From the NCBI GenBank assembly GCA_036744835.1, contig DAIOHD010000001.1, positions 208,967 through 272,966 of the forward strand: DNA of 64,000 nucleotides, given 5' to 3'. The first letter of the stretch is position 1, and every line of letters starts with the position of its first letter. Position numbers and translations under genes: made by a program. Below are positions 44,472 to 53,620 of this stretch, piece by piece. This DNA is from Candidatus Magasanikiibacteriota bacterium (GTDB lineage Bacteria > Patescibacteriota > Patescibacteriia > Magasanikbacterales > GWA2-37-8). Under the pieces are notes generated by a model, which was given only the letters and a program-made list of their open reading frames with translations, was not told where the DNA came from and did not search any database.

Positions 44472-44588
44472 TAAAAGTCAAATGTCAAAAGTCAAAACCA
44501 TAGTATCGCTTCGCGATATCTAATAAATTGTCCCGATACAAAATTGGGACACAAAAGTTTTGAGATTTGCGTTTTGAGTTTTGAAATT
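44472..44588. repeat. MITE-like element, copy E (same conserved core as copy D)
   Basis: TAAAAGTCAAATGTCAAAAGTCAAAACC ... core TATCGCTTCGCGATA and GTCCCGATACAAAATTGGGAC ... AAAGTTTTGAGATTTGCGTTTTGAGTTTTGAAATT. Confidence 0.45.
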
Positions 44589-44592
44589 CGCT

Positions 44593-45717
44593 ATGATTAT
44601 AGGGATTGAAGCTAATCATGCCAATAAAGAGCAGAGGACAGGGGTAGAAAACTATTGTTGGCATATTATAAATAATCTTAAAAAACAAATCCCCTCGGAC
44701 GTGAGGGTGATTTTATATACACAAAAACCTCTTTTGCCTGAATTGGCACAAGGGTTACCTTTGAATTGGGAAATTAAAATTTTAACTTGGCCTTTGGGTA
44801 AGTTATGGAGTCAAATCAGATTATCTTTTGAATTGTTTAAAAATAAACCAGATATTTTTTTTGCGCCTGGTCAACTAATACCGTTTTTTTGTCCTCAAAA
44901 AACCGTAGTAACGGTGCATGACAGCGCTTTTATGATTTTTCCAACCAGTTATCGTTTTTGGGGTAGGCAATATCTAAAATGGATGAATAAAAGAATAGTT
45001 AAAAAAGCTATGTTTATTTTAACTCCTTCGGAGTTTAGTAAAAAAGAGTTTAAAAAATTATATAATTTTGCCGAAGATAAAATCATAGTAACTCCACTTG
45101 GTTATGAAAAAGAAGTTTATAACACAACAAACCAAGAAATTTCAGAGAGAATCTTAGAAAATTTAAATATTAGAAAGCCATTTATTTTTTATGTCGGTCG
45201 TTTGGAATATAAAAAAAATATAGTTTCAATTTTGGAATCTTTTGAACAAATTAAAAAAGAAAATAAGTTTTTTGGTCAGTTGGTTTTAGGTGGTAAGCCG
45301 GGTTATGGTTATGAAAAAATAAAAAAAATAATCGAACAAAGTAATTTTAAAGAGGATATAGTTTTGCCTGGATGGTTAAGCAACAAGCAGATTGTCGTTT
45401 GTTTTCAGAAAGCTGAATTTTTTGTGTTTCCTTCTTTATATGAAGGGTTCGGCTTGCCGCTTCTTGAAGCAATGGCCTGTGGTTGTCCGATTGTGGCTGC
45501 CAAAGGCCATAGTTTAGAGGAAGTTGGAGGTGATGCAGTTGAATATTTTGATTTTAAAAATAAATCGGAATTAACTGAAAAACTAAACTTTTTACTTAGT
45601 GACAAAAATAGAATAATTTGGCTTAAACAAAGAGGTTTACAAAGAGTGCAACAATATTCTTGGGAAAAAACAGCTATTTATACAAAAGATTTGTTTTTAA
45701 GGTTGCAAAATAGTTAA
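44593..45717 (+). CDS. Glycosyltransferase family 4 (GT-B)
   Basis: EGFGLPLLEAMACGCPIVA motif; the upstream TTG at 44581 lies inside the repeat arm, so ATG 44593 is preferred. Confidence 0.65.
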   Translation: MIIGIEANHANKEQRTGVENYCWHIINNLKKQIPSDVRVILYTQKPLLPELAQGLPLNWEIKILTWPLGKLWSQIRLSFELFKNKPDIFFAPGQLIPFFCPQKTVVTVHDSAFMIFPTSYRFWGRQYLKWMNKRIVKKAMFILTPSEFSKKEFKKLYNFAEDKIIVTPLGYEKEVYNTTNQEISERILENLNIRKPFIFYVGRLEYKKNIVSILESFEQIKKENKFFGQLVLGGKPGYGYEKIKKIIEQSNFKEDIVLPGWLSNKQIVVCFQKAEFFVFPSLYEGFGLPLLEAMACGCPIVAAKGHSLEEVGGDAVEYFDFKNKSELTEKLNFLLSDKNRIIWLKQRGLQRVQQYSWEKTAIYTKDLFLRLQNS

Positions 45718-45748
45718 TTTTTTGGTATATTAATAATCTAAAAACGAT

Positions 45749-46696
45749 GTGTTTATTGGAAATAAAAAAAATGAAATTTTTTTTGAAAAAGCCGTAATTA
45801 ACGGCTGTCTTTCTCATGCTCATTGTTTTTGCGGTCCGGAAAATATCGGTAAAATGACCTTGGTCAAAAAAATTGCATCTCGAATTTTATCTGTGCCAGA
45901 AAATGAAGTTTATCAAAATCCCAATTTTTATTATTTTGAAAAATCAGTCGATGAAAAAACAGGTAAGGTAAAAAAAGAGATTACCATCGCGCAAGCTCGA
46001 GAAATAAGAGATAAAATGACCAAAAAATCTTGGAACAAAAACGGACAAGTTTTGGTTCTCAATGGTGCGCAATATTTAAATGCCGAGTCTGGTAACGCTT
46101 TGTTGAAAGCTTTAGAAGAACCGGCAGAAAAAAGTTTTTTGTTTTTATTAGGAGACCATGAGAAAAATATTTTACCGACTGTACTTTCTCGTTGCCAAAA
46201 GACTTTTTTTCTACCAGTTAATAAAAAAGATATTTTTCTAGGTTTAAAAGAAAAAGGATACGATAAAGAAAGTGCGGAAATTGCCGCTACTTTTGCAGGG
46301 GGTTTGCCGGGAAGAGCTATAGCGATAATAGAAAATAAAGAAATTATTGAAGAATTAAAAACAGAAGCGCGAAAATGGCTCTCGTTGTTAAAAATGAATT
46401 TTACCCAAAGATTGGAAGAATTAGAAAATATTTTATCGGAAAAAGACGGTAATAAAGTTAGGGAGAATTTAATAAATAAATTTAATTTTTGGCTGGAACT
46501 TTGGCGTGAGTTATTAATTTTTAAAATTAATAATAAAAACGATAATCCAATTTTGAAAGAAGGAGAGTTGACATCTTTGAATTATAATCCGGTCCAGATA
46601 CAAACTATTATTGAAGAAATTATCAATAGTCAAAATTATTTAAAAAACAATGTTCAAACGCGTTTAGTCGTTGAACGATTATTATTAAAATTTTAA
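45749..46696 (+). CDS. holB: DNA polymerase III delta' subunit-like AAA+ protein
   Basis: Degenerate Walker A (FCGPENIGKMT), clamp-loader-like order; GTG start uncertain. Confidence 0.55.
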   Translation: MFIGNKKNEIFFEKAVINGCLSHAHCFCGPENIGKMTLVKKIASRILSVPENEVYQNPNFYYFEKSVDEKTGKVKKEITIAQAREIRDKMTKKSWNKNGQVLVLNGAQYLNAESGNALLKALEEPAEKSFLFLLGDHEKNILPTVLSRCQKTFFLPVNKKDIFLGLKEKGYDKESAEIAATFAGGLPGRAIAIIENKEIIEELKTEARKWLSLLKMNFTQRLEELENILSEKDGNKVRENLINKFNFWLELWRELLIFKINNKNDNPILKEGELTSLNYNPVQIQTIIEEIINSQNYLKNNVQTRLVVERLLLKF

Positions 46697-46699
46697 TTT

Positions 46700-47785
46700 A
46701 TGCGCTTTAAAATATTTTTTCTTAACCTGCTTTTGGCCAGTATTGTTTTAACCGGAGCCAGCTGTATTAGTGTGGGACAAAAAGAAACCGGCCCAATGGG
46801 TGTTTTTCGTTCGCCGGACAAAGGTGAAAAATGGGAACCGGTTACAGCTTTTCCTACTCCGCAAGGTGTAAAAAGTATTGCTGGTATAAAGGTTTATAGA
46901 ATTTTCGAAGATCCTAGTGATTCGAATGCTTTTTATTTAGGGACTCGTGGGCAAGGTTTATTTTATACTTATGATAATGGTGACAGTTGGCAAACAGTGT
47001 CTTTTTTTGCTGATAAATTTATTTATGCTTTGGCTGTAGATCCTAAAGATAAATGTAATATTTATGTTAGTGATGGAGCCAATATTTATAAAACTGTCGA
47101 CTGTAGTCGAACTTGGAATTTGGTTTTTACCGAAAACAGAACAGGAGAAAGATTTGTTTCAATAGCCATTGAAAATATCAATACACGAGCTATTTATGGT
47201 GCACAGCTAAACGGAGATATTTTAGTTTCTCGTGATGAAGGAAAAACTTGGCAAACCATAAAACGTTTTGGTTTTCAATTGCAACAAATGGAAATAGATC
47301 ATAAAGTTGCCGGTAGAATCTATATTGCTTCTTATCGCCAGGGATTGTATCGCAGTGATGATGGGGGTAAAAATTGGGTAACCTTGAATGACGAATTGAG
47401 AAAAATTGGCGGTGAAACCTTTAATTTTTATCGTTTAGTTTTAAATAGTGCGCAAAAGGATTCTCTTTTTTGGATTAGTAAATATGGGATTCTGCGTTCA
47501 GACAATGCCGGAGTAAATTGGAATGAATTAAAATTATTAACTCCACCGGGTTCAGCTTCTATTTTAGCTTTTGATGTTAATGAAAAAAATCCAAAAGAAT
47601 TATATTATACAGCTTCGCAAATAGGAGAAAAAAATGTGCATATTAAATCAACATTTTATAAATCTTCAGATGGTGGTATTACTTGGGAAACAAAGAAACT
47701 GCCTACTAATACTTTGCCAGTGATGATAAAAATTAATGCAAAAAATGACAATACTTTGTTAATGGGTTTTACAATTTTAAATTAA
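46700..47785 (+). CDS. Secreted BNR/Asp-box repeat beta-propeller protein
   Basis: Signal peptide; six S-x-D-x-G-x-T-W-like repeats (YDNGDSWQT, SRDEGKTWQT, SDDGGKNWVT, SDNAGVNWNE, SDGGITWET). Confidence 0.5.
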   Translation: MRFKIFFLNLLLASIVLTGASCISVGQKETGPMGVFRSPDKGEKWEPVTAFPTPQGVKSIAGIKVYRIFEDPSDSNAFYLGTRGQGLFYTYDNGDSWQTVSFFADKFIYALAVDPKDKCNIYVSDGANIYKTVDCSRTWNLVFTENRTGERFVSIAIENINTRAIYGAQLNGDILVSRDEGKTWQTIKRFGFQLQQMEIDHKVAGRIYIASYRQGLYRSDDGGKNWVTLNDELRKIGGETFNFYRLVLNSAQKDSLFWISKYGILRSDNAGVNWNELKLLTPPGSASILAFDVNEKNPKELYYTASQIGEKNVHIKSTFYKSSDGGITWETKKLPTNTLPVMIKINAKNDNTLLMGFTILN

Positions 47786-47802
47786 GTTTAATAAATTTAT
47801 TT

Positions 47803-48351
47803 ATGAATTTAAATACGTTTAAGTCGGATTTTGATAAGGTGGTGGAATTTTTAAAAACAGATATTTCCGGTTTGCGTACCGGTCGAGCTAATACCGCTTT
47901 GGTTGAAAATGTAATGGTTGAAGCTTATGGCGCCAAACAACAGCTTAAAGCTGTAGCCGCTGTATCTATTGCTGATTCAAAAACTATCAACATTGAACCT
48001 TGGGACAAAAGTTTATTAGCGGCAGTAGAAAAGGGTATTAGAGATTCCGGAATAGGTATTAATCCGGTTAATGATGGACGTCTTATACGTGTGTGTCTAC
48101 CGGAATTAACCGTTGAACGTCGGGCTGAATTGGTTAAAGTTTTACACCAAAAACTTGAGAATGCTCGTATTTCTGTTCGAAAAGTTAGAGAAGAAATTAA
48201 GGATAGTATTTTGGCTGAAGAAAAAAATAAAACAATTTCTGAAGATGAAAGATATCATCTACAAGAACAACTCGAAGAAATGGTAAAGAAATACAATGAA
48301 GAAATAAAGGCAGTTGGAGAAAATAAAGAGAAAGAAATAACTAATGTTTAA
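47803..48351 (+). CDS. frr: Ribosome recycling factor
   Basis: Full-length RRF pattern (RTGRANTALVENVMVEAYG...). Confidence 0.85.
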   Translation: MNLNTFKSDFDKVVEFLKTDISGLRTGRANTALVENVMVEAYGAKQQLKAVAAVSIADSKTINIEPWDKSLLAAVEKGIRDSGIGINPVNDGRLIRVCLPELTVERRAELVKVLHQKLENARISVRKVREEIKDSILAEEKNKTISEDERYHLQEQLEEMVKKYNEEIKAVGENKEKEITNV

Positions 48352-49732
48352 TTATATGGTGGATAAATTCGCAAATATTATTGCTTTGGCAAAAAGAAGA
48401 GGTTTTATTTTTCCTTCGGCTGAAATTTATGGCGGATTATCGGCTTCTTATGATTACGGACCTCTTGGAGTGGAATTAAAAAATAATTTGAAAAAAGCTT
48501 GGTGGAAAAAAATGGTACAAGAGAGAAATGATATAGTTGGATTGGATTCTTCTATTTTGACTCCTAAAATAGTTTGGGAAGCTTCTGGCCATATGCAAAG
48601 TTTTCACGATCCATTGGTAGAATGTAAAAATTGTCATCATCGTTTTCGTGCCGACCATCTTTTGGAAGCTAAACAAGCTCAACCTGGATATGCCAAAGAA
48701 AAGCCAATTGATATCAAAGATATTAACTGTCCGGATTGTGGTGGAGAACTGACAGAGCCAAAAAGTTTTAATCTTTTGGTTAAAACAGAGCTTGGAGCGG
48801 TTGAAGGTCAAAAAGAAGAAGTTTATTTACGCGGTGAAACATGTCAAGGTATTTATTTGGATTATCTGGCGGTTAAAGAAACGATGCGAAAAAAAATACC
48901 TTTTGGTGTTGCTCAGATAGGCAAGGCTTTTCGTAATGAAATTACTACTAAGAACTTTATTTTTCGTATGCGTGAATTTGAACAAATGGAAATGCAATAT
49001 TTTGTTAATCCCAAAGAGGCGGGAAAAATTTACGAATATTGGAAGGATCAAAGATTTGCTTGGTATAAATCTTTGGGAATACGGGAAGAAAATATTCGTT
49101 TACGTCAACATGAGCAGGATGAACGAGCTCATTATGCCAAAGATGCTTGGGATATAGAATACAACACTCCTTTTGGTGGTTGGAAAGAAATGGCCGGTAT
49201 TCACAATCGCGGAGATTGGGATTTAAGTCGTCATGGGGCTTTTTCTAAGACTAACATGATTTATAAAGACGCGGAAACAGGAGAAGAATATATTCCTTGG
49301 ATTATAGAGACTTCTGATGGTGCTGATAGGGCAACGTTGATGTTTTTGATTGATGCCTATGAAGAGATGGAAGCGAGGAGCGGGGATGAAGATTCTAAAC
49401 ATGAAAAAGAATTAGTTCTTAGATTACATAAAGATTTGGCACCGATAAAAATAGCTTTTTTGCCATTATCTAAAAAAGAACCTTTGGTTAATTTGGTCAA
49501 AGAAATCCAAGCATCTCTTTGGGGAAATTATATGACCCAATATGATGAAACAGGTTCTATTGGCAAACGTTATCGTCGTCAAGATGAAATCGGCACGCCA
49601 TATTGTGTGACCGTTGATTTTGAAAGTTTGGAAGATAAAAAAGTCACGGTTCGTGACAGAGACACAATGGAACAAGAAAGAATAGAGATTGATAAATTAG
49701 AAAGTTATTTCAGAAATAAGTTTGGTTATTAA
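48344..49732 (+). CDS. glyS: Glycyl-tRNA synthetase, alpha2 (class II dimeric) type
   Basis: FPSAEIYGGLSASYDYGPLGVELKNN motif 1 region, class II motifs 2 and 3; overlaps the frr stop. Confidence 0.85.
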   Translation: MFNYMVDKFANIIALAKRRGFIFPSAEIYGGLSASYDYGPLGVELKNNLKKAWWKKMVQERNDIVGLDSSILTPKIVWEASGHMQSFHDPLVECKNCHHRFRADHLLEAKQAQPGYAKEKPIDIKDINCPDCGGELTEPKSFNLLVKTELGAVEGQKEEVYLRGETCQGIYLDYLAVKETMRKKIPFGVAQIGKAFRNEITTKNFIFRMREFEQMEMQYFVNPKEAGKIYEYWKDQRFAWYKSLGIREENIRLRQHEQDERAHYAKDAWDIEYNTPFGGWKEMAGIHNRGDWDLSRHGAFSKTNMIYKDAETGEEYIPWIIETSDGADRATLMFLIDAYEEMEARSGDEDSKHEKELVLRLHKDLAPIKIAFLPLSKKEPLVNLVKEIQASLWGNYMTQYDETGSIGKRYRRQDEIGTPYCVTVDFESLEDKKVTVRDRDTMEQERIEIDKLESYFRNKFGY

Positions 49733-49735
49733 ATT

Positions 49736-51022
49736 ATGTCCAAGATTTTTACGTTAAAAAACGGTTTGAAAGTTGTAAAAACATTTGTTCCCGGTACAAA
49801 GGCGATAACAGTCATGTTGATGTTGCCAGTTGGTTCGCGCTACGAGCAAAAAGATATCTCTGGTGCTTCTCATTTTGTCGAACATCTGATGTTTAAAGGA
49901 ACAAAAAAACGTCCGACAGCTTTAGAGTTATCTCGAGAATTGGATGCTTACGGCGCTCAGTACAATGCTTTTACTTCGCAAGAATATACGGCTTATTACG
50001 TTAAAATAGACGGTTCAAAAGCGGCTTTGGCTTTTGATTTGATTTCGGATATGGTTTTTAATTCTAAATTGGATGAAAAAGAGATAGAAAAAGAAAAAGG
50101 AGTTATTGTAGAAGAACTTCGCATGTACGAAGATAATCCTACTATGGACATTGATTCTCTTTTTTCTAAAGCAATTTTTGGCGATATGCCACTGGGTCGT
50201 GATGTGGGTGGAGTGGAAAAAACCGTTAGAAATATTAGTAGAGAACAATTATGGCAATATTATAAAGGAAGTTATGTCCCGCAAAATGCAATATTATCAG
50301 TAGCCGGAAAATTAGATAAAAAAACGGATACTTTGGTTTTAAAATATTTTGGTAATTTAGAAAATAATTTAGCAGAGAAATGGTTTAAAGTTGAAAATTA
50401 TCAAAAAAATGTTTGGTCGAAAAAAACGCTTTCACTTGAAAAAAGAGTTTTAGTAAAACAAAAAAATATAGATCAAGCTCATGTTATTTTGGGTTTTCCA
50501 GGTTTTAGTCAGAAAGACAAAGATCGTTTTACTGGTGCGGTTTTATTTAATATTTTGGGCGGGAGTATGAGTTCACGTCTTTTTTCGGAAGTCAGAGAAA
50601 AAAGAGGCTTGGCTTATATGGTTCGTGCCGGGAGTGATTCTTTTCGCGATACCGGAACGGTGCAAATTCAAAGCGGTTTGGATCCGGCGCGTTTGAGCGA
50701 AGCTTTTAGAGTGATTAAAAATGAATTAAAAAAAATTAAAAAAGAAAAAGTTAGTAAAAAAGAATTATTGAATGCAAAAAATAATTTAATTGGTCACTTG
50801 ACTCTGGTGCTGGAGGATAGTAGCGCTCAAGCGCAGATGGCGGCCAAGGACTTGGTTTTTTTGGGAAAAGTCGAAAACTATCAAGAAATTTGTAAAAAAA
50901 TTAAAGCGGTTACTGAAAATAAAATTATCAAATTAGCACAAAGATTATTTGATGAAAGAAAAATGTATTTAGCGGTTATTGGGCCTTATGGTAAAAAAGA
51001 AGTTTTAAAATGTTTAAAATAA
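49736..51022 (+). CDS. M16-family (pitrilysin/insulinase-like) zinc peptidase
   Basis: HFVEHLMFKGT (inverted HxxEH zinc motif). Confidence 0.7.
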   Translation: MSKIFTLKNGLKVVKTFVPGTKAITVMLMLPVGSRYEQKDISGASHFVEHLMFKGTKKRPTALELSRELDAYGAQYNAFTSQEYTAYYVKIDGSKAALAFDLISDMVFNSKLDEKEIEKEKGVIVEELRMYEDNPTMDIDSLFSKAIFGDMPLGRDVGGVEKTVRNISREQLWQYYKGSYVPQNAILSVAGKLDKKTDTLVLKYFGNLENNLAEKWFKVENYQKNVWSKKTLSLEKRVLVKQKNIDQAHVILGFPGFSQKDKDRFTGAVLFNILGGSMSSRLFSEVREKRGLAYMVRAGSDSFRDTGTVQIQSGLDPARLSEAFRVIKNELKKIKKEKVSKKELLNAKNNLIGHLTLVLEDSSAQAQMAAKDLVFLGKVENYQEICKKIKAVTENKIIKLAQRLFDERKMYLAVIGPYGKKEVLKCLK

Positions 51023-51027
51023 AAAAT

Positions 51028-51795
51028 ATGTCTCAGAAGAAATTATATTTTTTTGCCAACTGGAAAATGTATTTAGATTATGACGAAAGTAATATTTTAG
51101 CCAATGGTTTAGTGGAAGTTTTGAAAAACAAAAAACGTGATTATGAAATGACTATTTTCCCCAATGCTTTGTCTTTGCAATCAACAAGTCAAACATTTAA
51201 TGATATTGGCATAAATACCGGTATTCAAAATGGTTATTGGATAGATAAGGGTGGATATACAGGAGAGACTTCTTTTATGATGGCTGAAAATATTGGCTGT
51301 AAATATGCTCTTTTGGGGCACAGTGAACGCCGACATCAATTTAAAGAAACTAATCATGAAATTAGAATGAAATTGGAAAATATTTTGAATAATACGAAAT
51401 TAATTCCTGTTTTATGTGTTGGTGAAACACAACAAGAAAGAAATGAAGATAAAACACTTGAGATTTTGGAAGCTCAACTTAGAGCGGCTTATGATAGTTT
51501 GGCTTGGGACAAGGATAGATCTTTGATTATTGCCTATGAGCCGGTTTGGGCGATAGGTACGGGCAATGCCTGCGAACCCTTAGACGCGCAAATTCAACAC
51601 GAAAGAATTAAAAAAATAACAAATCAACTTATTCCAGAGGTGAAACCGATCATTTTATATGGTGGTAGTGTAAATGCGGAAAATTGTTTTGATTATATCA
51701 AGCAAGAAGACATTAGCGGTGTTTTGGTTGGTGGATCTTCTACAAAATTTGAAAGCTGGCTTGAAATTATAAAAGCCGGAGAAAAAGATGTATAA
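51028..51795 (+). CDS. tpiA: Triosephosphate isomerase
   Basis: FFANWKMY, ALLGHSERR and ILYGGSV motifs; start moved to ATG 51028 to fit the TIM N-terminus. Confidence 0.8.
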   Translation: MSQKKLYFFANWKMYLDYDESNILANGLVEVLKNKKRDYEMTIFPNALSLQSTSQTFNDIGINTGIQNGYWIDKGGYTGETSFMMAENIGCKYALLGHSERRHQFKETNHEIRMKLENILNNTKLIPVLCVGETQQERNEDKTLEILEAQLRAAYDSLAWDKDRSLIIAYEPVWAIGTGNACEPLDAQIQHERIKKITNQLIPEVKPIILYGGSVNAENCFDYIKQEDISGVLVGGSSTKFESWLEIIKAGEKDV

Positions 51796-51797
51796 AT

Positions 51798-52697
51798 ATG
51801 TATAACTTTATTTTTTTAGGAATAATTGTTCTGTGTTTTGGTATAATGGCTTATTTATTTTTTAATAAGTTGGCTAGTTTGTCTAACCTGGATACAGAAA
51901 ATCTTCCAGAAGAAATAGAACAAAAAAAGAAAAAAGAGATTGTTATAAAGAGATTGGAAATTCAGGGAATAGAATTGGGTAAAAAAATTATTAAATCACT
52001 AGCACCTTTTAAAGGTATTTGGTTTTTTTTGCAAAGAAAGTTTCGTATTTTAGTTATTCAAATTGAAAAATTATGGCATCATGAAGAAGCAATACATAAA
52101 AAAACGACAGAAAAAGAATTAACCCCGATAGAAAAAGAAGAAAAAATAAAAGAAATTATTAAAGAAGCGGAAAATTTTTTTACAGTTAAAAATTATGATA
52201 AAGCCGAAGAGTTCTTTATTGCCGCTTTACGCTTAGATCCAAAATCAGCTTTGGTTTACCGAGGGTTAGCTGATACTTATTTTGTAAAAAAAGCTTTTAA
52301 TGAGGCGGCGGAGACATATGAATTTTTACTTGGTTTAAACAAAGAAGATGACGGCGTATTAATGAAACTAGGAGAGATAAAAGAATTACAGAATAAATTA
52401 GACGAAGCAATAAATTATTATCAACAGGCTGCAACAATAGGTGATAATGTGTCATCAAGATTTTTTCATTTGGCTGAATTACTGCTTAGAGTTAATCAAC
52501 CAGAAGTTGCCAGGGAAGCCATAAAAGAAGCTTGTACTTTGGAACCGAAGAATCCCAAGTATCTTGACTTATTGATAGAAACTGCTATAATATGTGGCGA
52601 CAAGACTTTTGCGGAAAATTCTTTGCAAGAATTAAGGTTAGTTAATCCGGAAAATAATAAATTGGCAGATTTTAAAGAAAGAATAGATAAACTTTAA
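51798..52697 (+). CDS. TPR-repeat protein with N-terminal TM anchor
   Basis: TM helix followed by several 34-aa TPR-like repeats (AEEFFIAALRLDPKSALVYRGLADTY...). Confidence 0.45.
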   Translation: MYNFIFLGIIVLCFGIMAYLFFNKLASLSNLDTENLPEEIEQKKKKEIVIKRLEIQGIELGKKIIKSLAPFKGIWFFLQRKFRILVIQIEKLWHHEEAIHKKTTEKELTPIEKEEKIKEIIKEAENFFTVKNYDKAEEFFIAALRLDPKSALVYRGLADTYFVKKAFNEAAETYEFLLGLNKEDDGVLMKLGEIKELQNKLDEAINYYQQAATIGDNVSSRFFHLAELLLRVNQPEVAREAIKEACTLEPKNPKYLDLLIETAIICGDKTFAENSLQELRLVNPENNKLADFKERIDKL

Positions 52698-52711
52698 AAT
52701 CGCAATTAAAT

Positions 52712-52793
52712 GGGTGGGTACCAAAGTGGTCAAATGGGGCAGACTGTAAATCTGCTGGCTCCGCCTTCGAAGGTTCGAAACCTTCCCCACCCA
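52712..52793 (+). tRNA. tRNA-Tyr (anticodon GTA), long variable arm
   Basis: Acceptor GGGTGGG/CCCACCC, anticodon stem GCAGA/TCTGC, loop CTGTAAA, 13-nt variable arm, T arm GAAGG-TTCGAAA-CCTTC. Confidence 0.8.
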
Positions 52794-52803
52794 CAAGTAA
52801 GAA

Positions 52804-52876
52804 GCCGTCTTAGCTCAGTTGGTAGAGCAGCTGTTTTGTAAACAGCATGTCATGGGTTCGAGTCCCTTAGACGGCT
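52804..52876 (+). tRNA. tRNA-Thr (anticodon TGT)
   Basis: Acceptor GCCGTCT/AGACGGC, D arm GCTCAGTTGGTAGAGC, anticodon stem GCTGT/ACAGC, loop TTTGTAA; U50-U64 mismatch in T stem. Confidence 0.75.
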
Positions 52877-52882
52877 CACTGT

Positions 52883-52955
52883 GCCGTTGTAGCTCAGTTG
52901 GTAGAGCAACTCCATGGTAAGGAGTAGGTCCGCGGTTCAAATCCGCGCAACGGCT
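52883..52955 (+). tRNA. tRNA-Thr (anticodon GGT)
   Basis: Acceptor GCCGTTG/CAACGGC, anticodon stem ACTCC/GGAGT, loop ATGGTAA, perfect T arm CGCGG-TTCAAAT-CCGCG. Confidence 0.75.
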
Positions 52956-52990
52956 CGGAAGTTAATTTAAAATTTAAAATTTATATTTTT

Positions 52991-53155
52991 ATGCCGTCGA
53001 CAAATGCAGATAATATGATTAAATTGGAGTGCACGGAATGTAAGCGTGTAAATTATTTTTCCAATAAAAACAAGAAAATCTTGAAAAATAGATTGGAAAT
53101 GAAAAAACACTGCTTGCACTGTAAGAAACATACTGTACATAAAGAAACAAAGTAA
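52991..53155 (+). CDS. rpmG: Ribosomal protein L33 (54 aa; below ORF-track cut-off)
   Basis: Manual translation [54 protein letters not shown] matches L33 ([11 protein letters not shown]...[20 protein letters not shown]) with its zinc-ribbon Cys pairs. Confidence 0.75.
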   Translation: MPSTNADNMIKLECTECKRVNYFSNKNKKILKNRLEMKKHCLHCKKHTVHKETK

Positions 53156-53189
53156 TGATTAAGGCAGATTTTTTCTGCCTTAATTTATT

Positions 53190-53260
53190 AGGGAGTTCGT
53201 ATAGTGGTAGTACAAGGGTCTCCAAAACCTTTAGCGCGGGTTCGATTCCTGCACTCCCTG
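53190..53260 (+). tRNA. tRNA-Trp (anticodon CCA)
   Basis: Acceptor AGGGAGT/ACTCCCT, D stem GTA/TAC, anticodon stem AGGGT/ACCTT (one G-U), loop CTCCAAA, T arm GCGGG-TTCGATT-CCTGC. Confidence 0.8.
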
Positions 53261-53263
53261 CTA

Positions 53264-53303
53264 ATAAAAATATCACCAATTTAAATTGGTGATATTTTTA
53301 TTA
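53264..53303. repeat. Perfect 40-bp palindrome immediately 3' of tRNA-Trp
   Basis: AATAAAAATATCACCAATTT|AAATTGGTGATATTTTTATT (20-bp arms, no mismatch). Confidence 0.6.
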
Positions 53304-53305
53304 TT

Positions 53306-53440
53306 AGCAAGAAGCAGGAATCGAACAGGGAAAGGGTGAAAACGGCAGTTTTCACTTTAGGAGGAAAGGTATTGGAAAACCTGAAGGTTTTCCAAGGAGG
53401 AACGAAGTGACGACGTGAGCATTCCTGCACTCCCTGCACA
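53306..53440 (+). other. Structured element closed by a duplicated 17-nt tRNA-Trp 3' segment; candidate small RNA or integration scar
   Basis: GCAGGAAT at 53314-53321 pairs with ATTCCTGC at 53421-53428; internal hairpins GTGAAAAC-GGCA-GTTTTCAC (53336-53355) and GGAAAACC-TGAA-GGTTTTCC (53374-53393); 53421-53437 is identical to tRNA-Trp positions 53245-53261. Confidence 0.35.
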
Positions 53441-53469
53441 AAAAAAATACCCATCCGGGTATTTTTTTG
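53441..53469. terminator. Bidirectional intrinsic terminator
   Basis: A-run, TACCC-ATCC-GGGTA, T-run. Confidence 0.5.
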
Positions 53470-53476
53470 TGCAGGA

Positions 53477-53505
53477 TTGACAAAACCCCTCATCTATGTT
53501 ATACT
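53477..53505 (+). promoter_or_regulatory. Sigma-70 promoter (TTGACA-N17-TATACT) of the DEAD-box helicase gene, with a ~110-nt 5' UTR
   Basis: -35 at 53477-53482, -10 at 53500-53505. Confidence 0.5.
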
Positions 53506-53620
53506 TGCCTTTCTTTAATCTCAAGTCGTCAAAATTGACAGACTTGCGACTCGAACCTCTCTTACTGTGTCATACTGGTAGTGACTCACTTCAAAGGATA
53601 TCGGGTCATTAAATAAATAT

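Noticed and set aside
1979-44588. Possibility that the recurring CTCAAA/TTTGAC repeats form a CRISPR array
   Set aside because: Copies are tens of kilobases apart and are inverted-repeat arms rather than regularly spaced direct repeats with unique spacers. No cas genes are present.
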